A stretch of 64,000 nucleotides of DNA from Marsupella aquatica (Eukaryota > Plantae > Marchantiophyta), in assembly GCA_973895155.1 (NCBI GenBank), contig OZ316891.1, forward strand, positions 2,409,324 through 2,473,323, in the 5' to 3' direction. This document shows, piece by piece, positions 13,788 through 26,739 of the stretch. The position numbers were made by a program, and so were the translations under genes. Below the pieces are notes generated by a model that ran no database searches, was not told the DNA's origin, and saw nothing but the letters and a program-made list of their open reading frames with translations. Numbering within the stretch: position 1 is the stretch's first letter; each line of letters opens with the position of its first letter.

Positions 13788-14577
13788 GTTGCTTCCATTT
13801 GCAAATTATTAGTAAGAGAAAAGAGATGGTTAGTAATTGAAGTGAAATGGCCAGGCACTCATACATTGTGGGAGCCAGCAAATGTACTGGTTGGGTCTGA
13901 CTCGTTTAGATCCATCCCATGACATTTCAGTCCCTAATGACATTTCAAAAACAGACCAACAAAAAAATTAGTTGGATTGGATATTATAGTATTTAAATTT
14001 ATGTTTAAATTTATTAAAATAGACACAAACGATGGTGAGGAGTCGGGGACGGTACTAACTATAACGACTGTCTCCACCGACAAGACGTTACTGTAGCTCG
14101 AGTGACCTTACCGTACCCCAGGTTCAAGTAACTGACTCTTGACAGCGAGGTCCTCACCGACCGCTACTGCCGGTATTCGATCAGAGTACAGTATATTGTA
14201 CTCTGATCGACTGTACCGTAGACTGTTACCTTAGCGATGGGGTAACCGCGTCGATGCCAGGTTCGTACCACAGTGCACCGCTATACAGTACATTACACTG
14301 TTACTGTACTGCCCTTGTTAACTGACCTGTGATTCCGGTATCGACGGCCACAAATCGACGGTGCGACCCACCACCAGGTGGCAGATTACGGTGTCGACGT
14401 TTTTAGAACGAACTAATCTCTTCGTTTGCAAAACACGACTGACGATTGCCCCATCGATCACGAGGGGGACGAAAGGAGCCAATTCACAAATCACGTTAGC
14501 GCTCACTACAATGCGAACGCGTGTGGGGATTACTACAAAGCTCTCAGCGGTTCAATTGACACAATTTCCGTTGCAGC

Positions 14578-14806
14578 ATTTTGATAATGCTCATCTTTCA
14601 TCTTTCTCTGTCTCGCGGTAGTTGTGGTGTCACTGTTTTCGGTCCTATGAAAGCGTTCTTGCAATTGTTTCTGTCAGTGAGCAGTGTTGTCGCTGATTTT
14701 GATAACTCTCAAATTTGTGTGTTTCGCCGCGGTTGTAGTGTCACAGTTTTTGTTCCCATGAAGGCGTTCTTAGAATTGCTCCTGTCAGTGAGCAGTGTTG
14801 TCGATG
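14578..14806 (+). repeat. Diverged ~118-bp tandem duplication carrying splice-site-like signals
   Basis: Units start attttgataa at 14578 and 14696; both contain atgaa(a/g)gcgttctt...ctgtcagtgagcagtgttgtcg. Confidence 0.85.
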
Positions 14807-15499
14807 CTGTTGGGATCACAATTCGCTGTCCCTGCGATTTGCTGCGTCCTGGCTATTATGTTTTTCCTTAAGCAGCTGAAGGTCTCGCTTCCAGAGTTGT
14901 CAGTTGGAAATATTGTGTTGGTGCGGCTGAGTGGTGGGTTCTTTAGCTGCGCTTCGTGCGCGTTAAGTACTTGTGATTTTACTCTTCATAAAATGCAAGT
15001 TTCTTCCGCGCCCCAACAAATAAGGATTAGATGGAGCATTCCATCATCCAGTCAAACTCCGGTTACAGAAACAGCAGTAAGGAGAACACAATCTTTGCAT
15101 TCTCACCAGAAGTGCAGAGAGACATCTTTAGTAGTACTCAATGTCCAAGGGGAAGCTCCAATCTAAGTCCTTCCAAGATTTATGATTGACACGACCATGA
15201 CATCCAACCGTGACCAACGTGGATGAACCCCATGGATGTCGCAAGAAGTCAAAGGTAAGGTTTCAGATTGCAATCACTAACCTACTCTTTGAACCTTGAA
15301 TCGATCGTACGCCCAACATTTTAGCAGTTCAAAACCCTGTAGATTACGAGCTTCATGTACGTCCACGTGACTGCACTGGAGTTTCGTCCTGTTAGGTTGA
15401 TGTCAGAGTGCTAAAGTTGGACCTTAAACCATCGCTTTCCTCAAATCTAACATATGACCTTCTAGAATTAAATGTCCAAATTTGACTGGCATCGCACCG

Positions 15500-15700
15500 A
15501 CCAGTGATATTCGAAGAGTCCCGAATACATGGTTGCTCTTCAAGTTTAAGACGAAAGAGATGGATTCAAATCATACGATGACTGAGTTTGTAGGCATACT
15601 ACCACGGAGTTCAGACGTTCAGAGACAACAGTCATCATGGGCATCAATCTATCAGACAATAAGATTGCTAGTTGGCACGCTTCCCAAGTCAAGGACTATC
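15500..15700 (+). mobile_element. Possible degenerate Ty1/copia gag remnant
   Basis: Frameshifted FKTKEMDSNHTMTEFV...MGINLSDNK...LLVGTLPKS resembles the gag pattern M.E..SM.EF...MGI.L.D...LL.SLP.SY. Confidence 0.35.
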
Positions 15701-17394
15701 ACCCATACATTCCCAGGAAAGCTTGCTTGCAACAACACATCACGATCAAATCCTACTCATGTCAGCTCCACTGCTATGGCAATGTGCCAGTCTAATTTAC
15801 AAGTGTAAGCTTCCTTGCTCCTAAGCACCAAAACCTGATCTAGCTATCCTTTAGGCATGAGTGTCTCCAGGATGTGCAAGTCGAATCAACACAAGACTAC
15901 ACTGGTATATAGTATGTCATGAACGTCCGCAAGCTCAACAAAATCAGGCATTGCAAGGTACAAAAGCTCAGAACTACTTTCCCATCTCATGTGGGATGAA
16001 TCCTAGAGCCGTCTTCTTAGAGGATCTGCAAATGAAATGTGTCCAGATTAGAATGTAAAGGAGCAGTGCAGAGATAAAATTAGTACCGCAGCCACATTTT
16101 GTAGTGTTGCTAGTTCAGCTCGCACACTGGCCTTCCATACGTTGGTGGTGCATCTCTCTTGCAGACATTGAGAACGTCCACAAAATCACGTCAACTCACC
16201 ACAGATTCTTCAAATCGTGCTTGGTGTACACTGAAACGAATGTGTTCCGAACAAACTTACGACACCCGCCGTGGCTCCTATCTGTGAGACCCACATCATT
16301 AAGTCATCAATAGGGGCATTTGCTGTGGCCGACAATCACTGATAGTGGCCACCCTGAAGTAAAGCTGATAAATCCATCCCCCTCCGGGAATTCACCCATT
16401 GCGCTATTCGATCAGTTAAACTGTTGAGTGACCAATGAGGGGGCCATGGAGTAGCAACTAGTCATGACTTGACCCTGTCGTGCACGATCAGAAGCCAGAA
16501 GGGATTCAAGCTTTTCAAAAGAGTATCAGTAGAAGCCGTTCCAAGAATCACTGTCCAGAGGTCATTTACGGATTAACTGTCACTTCGTTCAAGAAAAGAA
16601 GAAAACGGCGGCTCCATGCTGAAATCTTCAGAACCCAGGTTGATATTATTAGACTAGATCCAACTTAATATGGACCTTTCTCAAGCGCGATTCAATACAC
16701 GCGTCCAACCAAGCGAACAGTTAGATCTGGAATCAAGATAGCGTACCTGGAAAATTCAGAGTCCAAAAAGGTACCAACAATATTATCCAAAGCACAGCCA
16801 AAATTGAGTGGCAACAATCCCATGAAGAGTGATTATTCATCAGTCTCAGTGGGACTCCAGTACCACCATGTACTTTGTGACTCAACGGTAGGATAACCTG
16901 GAAGGCAGTGACCAAGACAGACTTACACAAAGCTACCAAAAGAAGGCCCTACTTTCTTGTCAGCCGGCTGCGTTATTTTTCTCCATCGCATTTCCAGGTG
17001 GTCTCTTGCTCCCATTCCAAGATATGCGAGGAGTGTTCTTTTTCAATGTCACCCGTGTTCAAAAAGCCGTTGGCTCCTCCAGTCATAGCCCATCAGGAAC
17101 AAAAATACTTTTCAATGCATGCAATGTGCATGCTCGCATTCTTTTTTTCACATAGTCCGCCGGGGGACCTAGGGTAAGGGAACAAACAGCCCTTTGAATC
17201 ATACTTCTACAAGAATTCTTGATGAAATAAATTAACACGTACCGAACTGGGACGCAATTAATCACGGCCAATCGCACTAAAATTACAGGGTACACCTAAG
17301 CTGCAAAACTTACGCTACTGTGAACAAAGGCAGAGGGTATGCTTCTACATTTAATCCGCTTGCCACTAAATTGATCCACAGCTGAATGATGACG

Positions 17395-20300
17395 TTAGCT
17401 GGGTTCTGGCGAATGGGGAACCTCACTGAGCTCAACGCCTCCTTGCTCAAGGCTACTGTTGCCATGGCCCTTGATTTCAGCTTCATGAGCAATTTGGATG
17501 TCCGACGGAAACAACCGTTCCCAGAAAACTTTAACGCAGAAACGAGGTAACAATGCCAAGACAAGAATCAACAGGAGGTCAAACCAATATGCCCACTCCG
17601 TAGCCATATGATAGAATACCCTGCAAAATAGGAAACTCATTTTTATTAGAAGATGACAACCCGACGACTGCTCGGTTCAGAAGAAAATAGAATCGTACGG
17701 GCATGAAATCTGATGGCAACGGAACACCCAACAAGCCGTGAGAAATTAACCACAAAACGTATGGAACATCACAGTGGAATCAATTGTATGAGAGAATCAT
17801 CCGTTTTATAGTCCTCGAAAGTAGACAATGAAGGTCGACTTCGGCCTTACCAGTAATGAGGTAAAAGATCATCAATCGAACTAACAGAGTCCATGACCGC
17901 CACACATATCCATGTGGCTAAGATAGAGCCCCATATTGCAATATGATGGATCCATGTCCAGCGTTGAATATCGAGAGCCAGATGTATATTTACCAATAGA
18001 ACAACGGCAATTGTCCATAAACTCCCGAGGCCCCAAATATCAACTTCAGTATGATTGTATGTAAAGAAAGGGACATAATAAAGAACGACACTTTGCCACA
18101 GGGTGTCGATCATAGTGGCCCAGAAAAGCGGCTGATTGTACCCCAAACGCTTTTGACCAGCACTGTACAGCCTTGGGTATTTGATTAGTGTTTTGTAACT
18201 CAGGTCTTTGTCCAGCATACCCACTACAATCGTCGGAATTGAGGTATAGATTACCGAATAGAGTACTGAATTCCAATCTGTCACGGCAGATTGAGGAGAA
18301 AATAGGGTGTAAAGAATATACCTGCAACAATGACAGTAAGAATAATTATTGAAACACAAGTATAAAATCATTCACGGGTGCCAGGTGTTCCCAGGCCTAA
18401 GTATCACAAAAGGAATCCACATGGGCCCATAAAAGACTCCTCTCGAATGACTGGATATCAAGAAGTAAGCCCCTGAGAACGGTGGCAAAGATCCCACGTC
18501 AACTCACAAAAGTGAAAGAGCAATTACTCACCAGAAAAGCATAAAAACGAATACAGCATTACGATAAAAATTGTAGAGCACCATATAAGAGAGCCTGAAG
18601 TAGTTCCAATGGCCATGCACTAATAGCACACGCTTCAGAAATCGGAACTGTCCCATGGCAAAATCAGAAGCCATCACTGCTTGTCTGCCTTCCTGACCAC
18701 TGATGCCTATTCCTACGTCTGCCATTTGGATCATAGAAACATCATTTGCTCCTGTGGCACAACGAAGGTACTTATTAGTACGGAACACAACTCCTAGTCG
18801 ACTCCCAACAGTCCACAACAATATTTTTAACTCAAAAGTACATAATCAGCTGGGGAAAGAAATCGCGATGTGATTAATTACCATCTCCAATTGCTAAGGT
18901 CAACTCTTTCGCCTTGCGTTTTACGAGGGACACTATCCCAGCCTTCTGCAGTGGTGCCACTCGACAGCAAACAACCACCTTGCAAGCAACTGCTAATTCG
19001 TAGAGCTGCACATGCGGGAAGGTAATATGAGTTTGAATCCTAAAACTAAGAATACCAATTCGTATCATGGATTGACTGTCCCAAAAACTACCACAGACAA
19101 CTAAGAAGTCGGAGAACAAGAACGAAGAAAAGAGGTGCAAGGACGAATAAGGTAGAGGGCTACCAGACCAGATTTCATGTCCAATACGTAACTTCGCCGT
19201 TAGGAATTCAGTAAGGTTTGCTACAATATTCGACAAACACATTACCACAATAGTTCAGAAAGGGGCTGAGATTGAAATGAGAGGGGGAAAGGCACCTCTT
19301 GCTCCAACTCTTCAGATAGACAGTGTACAAGACTGTTCCCATCAATGACAAGAGCGAGGGGCTGCCGTGAGTTACTCCCTGGGCGTCCAGTCGACTGATC
19401 ACCACTTACTGTCTCAGCAACGGGTGAACTCGCGGCGTTAGAAACAGTATCCATCGTCTTCTTTTGCCTAAACAGGGATCTGGGCTCCTTTTTCTTACTA
19501 CGCTTCTGAATCCCATACAAAGATTCTGCGTTCGCCAAAGCCTCCTTGCAACCATCCATTGTAGTCTCATTGATGATAACTTGTTGCATATCTCGCGTAA
19601 TAAGGAGACATGAGAAGGCTATTGAAATAGCAGTCTCCTGCTTATCCCCAGTCAAAACCCATACCTGCATGTCAGCCTCACGAAGTAGAGCTATCGTTTC
19701 TGGGACTCCATCCTGGAGCTTGTCTTCTATACCTGTTGCACCTAACAGAGTGAGATTGTTCTCAACAAGTTCTGCAGCAGTTCGTAGCATTCCTGCTCTG
19801 TCACCCACGGCCTTGCTTGCTTTGCTATACTGAGCTTCCCACGTCTGTAATTCTGAGCCACTCAGATTCTTACTTGCAACCACAAGAGTCCGTAAGCCCT
19901 CCCTGGCATAGCGGTCTAAGTGACTCAATGTTGCAAGTGATAATTCGGCCTTGCGCTTCTGTACTGCAATTTCTTGCTTCTCCGGTGATTCTAAGATATT
20001 TAATACAGCACTGTCTGCGCCCTTAATTAATAATTTCGTGCTTCCATCAGAACACCGAACGACGACGGACATACGTCTCCGAACGCTATCAAACTCGTGT
20101 ATTCCAACGATTTCAAACCTGCATTTCAAACACTAGAAGTATGAGAAGTATGACAGCTAACCTTGGGCCAAGACACCTCAACATTACGGACCACATGAAC
20201 GTCACAGGTGATCTAATATTTAAGTGAGCACCAGCAAGTTACACATTTCTATCACAACAGGACTGAAAGTTGGCAGATCCCTTCAGCGCTACATGTCTTC

Positions 20301-23300
20301 AGAGGAGAAACGAAAGAGACAAATAGAAGAGACAAGCGGACGACGTAACTTTAGAAATCGTAGGCATACTTCATACGCCCTAAGAAACAGGGAACCTTGT
20401 GTTTCTAGAGGCGTCTCATCGCGATAGAGGAAAAAACAGAGAAATTTTCGTCGTTATGGATTATTCGACTTAATGCAGGAGCACGAGATAATGAAATTAT
20501 TGGATTGATAGCTAATAATTATATGGATATGCTATTATGATTATCTACACCTATTTGTACATTTTCATGAACTTAGGTACATTTGCTTGTGTTCTACTGT
20601 TTAGTTTACATGGACTATCAGCTCAGTGGTAGAGGGCACCACTGATAATTCCGTCATTGTGCTTGGGTCTTGGCGGGGTAACTAGTACACTCTAACAACC
20701 AAACACGATACCTTCTTTCTATGGGCGGACTTTCCTGCAAACTAGTAGATTTGTAGATCAAACATTTTTCTCGGGGACTGCTGAGAAGAATTCTTTTGGA
20801 ACCCAGATGTTTACCTTTGCGTCTCACCCAATACGTCAATAGTGATGTGGGTAGAAGTTCGTTCTAGAAGGGTATAACCATAAGTTGCAGCCGCTGCTAC
20901 GAGGGCTTGCTCATCAGGTGATTCTCCATGATACTCCATCAGACCCGCTCCCTTCCCAGAGCCAGCTGCTTCCATCTCAACATGACCTGTTGTCGTTGAG
21001 ATACTAACCCTAGTTGGCACAACCGTATTGCAGGCTGCTAAGACGAGCAAGTACTCATGCACTGCTCGCCTTTCTTCTGAATTGGACGGATGCTGCAAGG
21101 CTCGGACCAGGTTAGGATCAACTTTGGCCCCCACCTTTGGCTTCCAAGATTGCTTGGCCAGAATTTCTGCCAATAAACCCATCCAAAAACCCACGCCAAC
21201 AGTCAGAGGGTATCGATAGGATCTTCTCCACAGGTACAAACCTTAAGGCCGAAGGTATTGACCAGTGGATTGCATTCACTTTCATGACAGCTCTTCTTTT
21301 TGACGCAGCTCCCAGGTAAACAAAACTTCACAATCGCCACCCGTAACCAGTATATATCGCATCTTACAAATAACAAGGGGAGCCGAAAGGTCCGTAAACA
21401 TAATCAAGTCCGGAAACTCTATCCTGCAACTGAAACCAGCACAATAAATCCCCTTAACAGGTAATGAATTCATTCACCGACAGTTCTCAATTAAAGCCCG
21501 CCCTTTCGACAAACTTGCTTCGTAATGTTAATATTCAATTTTTTCCAGTGTTTCGGAGAAGAGTTAGTTTTCCAGAAGCTTGATTCCCCAAAGTAGAACA
21601 AATTTCCACCAATGCATTGATCTCAACGATACATTGTGTCCGAAATCCAAGTTGATTGGCAAGTTAAAGTTTTCGAGCGAGAGGCATTGATAGCAGGCAC
21701 AGGGTAAACATACCTTGAACGGCCTTCACAACGTCAGGCGGCCCCTCGACTTTTCCGCTGACAGCATCCACAGCCACCTTCGCGTCACTGTAATCGACTC
21801 CATTGACACTGGCAGAGAAGAATTCCATCTTATTCTCAGTCAGAGTTCCAGTCTTGTCGGAGAACACATATTTGATTTGCCCCAGATCCTCATTGATATT
21901 CAACGCCCGGCATTGGAACCGGGTATTCGAAGGCTCGTGATACAATTGGGCATCATTCGCCATGAAATATGCCTGCCCAAGCCGCACAAGCTCCATCGAA
22001 ATGTAAAGAGAAATTGGAATCATTATTTGAAATATGATGACGCAGCTCAGGAAGCCTATGACGCCCTCCCCAACAATACCATTATACATGTAATTTTTAT
22101 CCTGGTCTGAATACTTTTTCCTGTAATAAGGAATATCATTGAGATGATCCGAATGCCTAGCCACCCACTGCCCCATCCCAATCCCTCCAACGAGACAAAT
22201 CACGAGAAGAAACAATCCAAGCCACAGAGTCTCTCGATTCATCTCCTGCTCCAATCTGCTCCTCTTGGACTGCGTTCCAGAACTATTCAGCATCGCCTTC
22301 GTTTCCTGGCCAGCATATACAATCACCCCCACGACCCAGGCAGTGTTCTTAATCTCACAGCCACGTAAAATGATATTCTTCGGTCCCAAAGGCAGATGGG
22401 TGCCTCCCAGATCCATGTATGCAGTGAATTCGTAGATGTTTCTATTAGGCGCTTCACAAATTAGAGTGCCTGTGATGGGCCCCAGCTCTGGGTGCTTGGC
22501 CGCTGTCTCCTGTGTAGCATACCTGCTCTTGAGGTTGGACTCACCATCCAAATTCAGAGTTTCCACATAGGCAATTCCAGAAGGATCACTCGTTCCCAAA
22601 AGGACCAGATCACATGGAACTCCATCATTGGCAAAAATCTTAACAACCTCCCCTATTCGCATATGCTTCCATTTCTTGGGTTTGTAATGCCCATCCTGAA
22701 GCACAAGCGAGGTTCTGTTGTTCTCCACCGTATCGGAATGGTGCCGGCCATAATCCTCGTAGGCATCTTTAATGGCTGTGACGACCAGCACGAAAATAAG
22801 TGGAAATAAGGACGCCGTGCGACCAAACACGGCCAACGCTGGGATTTGATTGAGAATGACGATGATCAAAAAATAGATGTAGGCATACCGGTGGAATTGC
22901 TCGAACAGGTTTCTCGGCACAAAGGAAAGGAGCGTGTATTTGCTGGTGCGCACTTTGTTGCCAGCAATCCCCTTTCTCTCATTGCTTCTCTCAGGATTAT
23001 TTATATACACGACCCTCGTGTTCGGCTCGTCGTCCCTCCGTCCACTCCCTCTTTGAGATCCCCCACCGAATCCGTTCTCAGGAGTCGTGGGAGGTTGACG
23101 TGGAGAACCCGCCCCGGATGGAGGACCTGGGGGACCCAAGGAGGAGTCTCTTAGCGGAGAGGAATCAATTGATTTTGATAAGCTCAAGCCGATAGATTTG
23201 CGTGATTCTCCTTGGCCTGGGCCAGGAGATGTCGAGGATAGCTGATCAGGCTTCACATCAATGTGTGGCTTGAAAAATTCCGATTCCGCAGACGACCTTG

Positions 23301-23841
23301 CCCTCGAGATTGAATTCCATCTGCTGTGGCTCGGACTGCGTCCCACCCTCTCGGAGGATTGGGATTGAGGCTGCTGGAAGGGCGGAAACCCTGAAGAAGG
23401 CACCGAGGCAGAACGGGAATGACCACCACCACCTCGTAAACTTGCATCGTCCTGGGGAGAAGTGCTAGGGGCAAGGGGAGTGTGATCTGAAGACGATTGT
23501 GGTTGCGAATGAGGGTAAAGCAAAGGAGACCTGCCCAGACCATCTCGGGGGGAAGGAATGGGGAGAGACGCCCTGCTCCTACTGCCTGTTCCAACGGAAG
23601 AGGATCGTTGAGGGGAAGGGCGGTGAGAAGAATCTGCTGAAGAGGGTAACAGTGGAGAGGAAAATGACATTGGAGATCTCGACTCAGAGGGAATGGGAGC
23701 GGAGGAGTCTGATCGAGCGGATGGAGATGAGGAAATGTTTTCTACTCTGGAGCTAGCTTCGTCGGAGCCATCAAGCCCATCCCTTTTGTTGTCCGAAGAC
23801 GATTCTTCCATCAAAGACATTTCTTCCTCCAGTAAAGTCAT
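17395..23841 (-). CDS. ALA1: P4-type phospholipid-transporting ATPase (flippase), ALA1 clade
   Basis: 7 exons: 21714-23841, 20815-21166, 19296-20118, 18882-19005, 18532-18751, 17851-18321, 17395-17620. Motifs [81 protein letters not shown]; [18 protein letters not shown] is typical of ALA1. Confidence 0.95.
20411..20667 (+). pseudogene. Nuclear plastid DNA (NUPT) mosaic in ALA1 intron 2: rpl20 fragment + ndhB fragment + trnI-GAU exon 1 and start of its group II intron
   Basis: 20411-20498 with frameshifts gives [13 protein letters not shown](LW)[11 protein letters not shown] (rpl20); 20496-20611 gives [32 protein letters not shown] (ndhB); 20612-20648 is 37 nt ggactatcagctcagtggtagagggcaccactgataa followed by ttccgtcattgtgcttggg, versus recalled plastid GGGCTATTAGCTCAGTGGTAGAGCGCGCCCCTGATAA|TTGCGTCGTTGTGCCTGGG. 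Confidence 0.88.
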
Positions 23842-26110
23842 TTATTCGTCACCAACAGTCTTAATACAGCTGTCCACCCCCAGTTATGCCAAGAGGTGAT
23901 GCAAGGACATCAAAAAAAGACAATGTAATACCCTTCCCACCACTCAGAGTCGTTGCCGCCAAAGACCTAAACCAAAATATCCGTCTATCTGCCCCTGCTT
24001 TATCTCTATCATCAAGACGTGTCCCACAATCAAACTCTCAGGTCACCTGCAGAGAGCTCGGAGAAGAAAGGAGACAAGTAAAATGGATGCTTGCAAATCA
24101 TGCCATGCAACTGCGCCATGGCAGAAGGAGATTACAGAACAAGAATTGAGAAAGCCCAAACTGTCCAACATGATGACACCCCGCCCAGGGTCCAAGGGGA
24201 GAACAGTTTCTGAAAACCCTTCGTGGACGACGGTGTGGGACCAGTTATGGATTCAGAGATAGGGAAATTATCCCTCTCGACCTGCATCCATGTACTAAGA
24301 TCCCATTCCAAAGGTTCACCCTTCCAGACTGTTACGTACCAAGTACTGAACCTCCAATAACCACTCGTCAGAGTCAGCATTGCAATCACAACTCATTTTA
24401 ATTGAATCTCCTAGCAATGTTTCCGCACCATGTCAAATCCCACCTCTCCAGTATACGTTCACAACGCCATAATTATCGTCTCCCAATGAGAAATTCATCC
24501 CCGTACGGAACGATCAAGGTCCTTCTCACATTACGAAAACAGAGTCCCTTCATAACGGGGAACCAGTGTCAAACCGACCAGAGAATGCCAATCCTACTCC
24601 AACTCCAACTCGGACCGGAACGACTCAATTGCCTCATCAGACTGAAAATCAAGCTCAACCTGCAGCACCGGCACGCTCCTCCTCCTCGTCCTCGGACCTA
24701 ACACCCCCCCCACCCCCACCCCGCCCCGCAGCCTCACCACCAAAGCTCTTTCCAATCGAGCATACAAACCTACCACCGCCTCTCATCTACTCACTACAAG
24801 GGCAAAAGTACCGCGATCATTCCCAACGGCAAGCCTGTGACGAACTCACAATCATTGCACCAGACGAGGCCGAGTCTTCTTCCTCTTCTTTCCTCATCGT
24901 TCCTCCTCCTCCTCGTCCTTCCTCCATATCAAAAGTGACTCGTGCATTAGTTACTTCCTTTTCCCCCTGCTCTCCGACGATAAGCAACCCTGCGCTCTTC
25001 AGATTAATTAACGTGCTCTAGACCCCATCCTCTGTGGCTCTGTCCATCCGGCCGCCGAGAGGGAGGGGAGAGCGCACTAGGGGAGGAAAGAGTCGTCACG
25101 GGACTGATCGAGATCCAAAGTTTGACCAAACCTGCATGCCTGTTACGCACTTTCCAGCCAGCCCTCTCTTGAATCATTCATCCTCTCGACCAGATCAATA
25201 GATCATGGACGCGGAGCACTCAACGAGCATCTGGTCCCCATCGATTGCCACTTCGCTTCTTCGCCTCCGGCGGTCTATGAATCTTCCATTCCCTCTAGTC
25301 TTCCTTCCCCGGAAACGCACTGCCTACCTCCTGCCTACCTGGCCTGAAGATGCCAGGGAAGCCCACCACCACCACCACCACCACCCACCACCTTGGGACC
25401 GTCTTAGTAAAAGTACAGCAGTGGTTCTGACTTCTTTCGCCATTGCCAGCTTTTTCGCAGTGGCGAAACTCGCCATATTCCACCTCACTGAAAAAGTGAA
25501 AAGTCTTGGACACTAACTTTTGGGGAAACTTCGCCACTCCTTTTGTCTTTCCCGCCTAACCATGCTCTCCATTACTCAAAATCTGACGGTTCGCCTTGAA
25601 TCCAGGGCGAGGGGGGACTGATCTAACCGTCAGCAATAAATGTAAGAAAGCTTGACAATGAGGAATCTTATTAGCATCTTCTCTTTCTTACAGGAGGATC
25701 GTCGCCTTAGAAAAGTCTTTGAAAATTACCCTGGCATGGCCCTCCTGGCGGCCCCACCAGGCACCCAAGTATGCCTCCATCTCGCGGTTCCGCCAAAAGG
25801 GGCCGAGCAGGGCTATTCCGCTAGAAGTTGCTCCCATTCAGTCTAGAACGGACTGATGCGCGACTTTCTCGCTTTTCACTATTGGGCTGCGTAACGGAGC
25901 TGACGTTTCACGGAGCCCACTTTAGTTACTGTCCTCTTTTACACTTTCCACCCGTTCAGGTTTTTCTTTGTCTTCTTTGACTCGGCCACGTTCAGTGTCG
26001 GTTTTTAGCACGTTTGGATTTCCAGCGTTCAGTTTCGTGAAAACGGCATTCTACAGGCCGCGCTGAGCGAGGAATTCGTTGCGCGAATTTTCGGACAATT
26101 TGAATTCAAA

Positions 26111-26217
26111 CCGTCGATATATGAGATCGATATATGAGATCGACGGTGACGTTAAATGAGTTTATACTGTACTGCAAGGTTGAAAATCTGGTTTGTACTG
26201 CAAGGTTGAAAATCTGG
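26111..26217. repeat. Two small tandem duplications upstream of ALA1
   Basis: ccgtcgatatatgagatcgatatatgagatcgacgg (13-bp duplication inside inverted ccgtcgat/atcgacgg); tgtactgcaaggttgaaaatctgg twice with a 26-bp period. Confidence 0.85.
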
Positions 26218-26739
26218 AGGAAATAGACAACAAACACAAGAAGTCCACAAGGTAGGGCAAATGACCCTCGAGTGGTTACTACCAGGTAATTCCAAAAATC
26301 TATTTTCTTTTTAGAAAAAATTGGACAGAAAGCAGTCATGCGACGATGAAGTACAGCCAAGCCAGCACAAAAGAGTCAAATCAAATTACTCGGCTATATT
26401 TGGGTCATTCAGTTTGCCTTGAAATTATCAATAAACCAACCACACTTGAATTGAAAGAAAGTTTATTTTGCTCTTGATCCCCCTTTCTGCGGAGGTATCC
26501 CTTCTGGCCCCTTCCACCCGTCAGGTCTCCTTTTCGTCTTGCTTCAACACCCAACGAATGGTGGTTGTGGAATCCTATTTAGTGATACGGGAATTGTTCG
26601 TCGAGAATTGGAGATTGACTTTACATGAGGCTCAAGTATCAATAAATAAGTCTTACAAGATAGACTCAAAAATGAAATCCATAGATAATGGACGCCACAA
26701 TGGTGACCAATGTCCCTACGTTACGCATTAGAGGCGACG

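Noticed and set aside
14055-14066. TAACTATAACG, as in 23S rRNA / the I-CeuI site
   Set aside because: The match stops after 11 nt and the flanks are not rRNA-like.
14666-14690. miR156-like words ttctgtca / gtgagca
   Set aside because: The words are in the wrong arrangement; no mature TGACAGAAGAGAGTGAGCAC and no precursor stem.
20612-20648. Functional tRNA-Ile gene
   Set aside because: Only the mutated 5' exon is present and there is no 3' half; treated as part of the NUPT.
25205-25516. ORF with a poly-His run
   Set aside because: The His run comes from a (CAC)n microsatellite upstream of ALA1; no other coding evidence.
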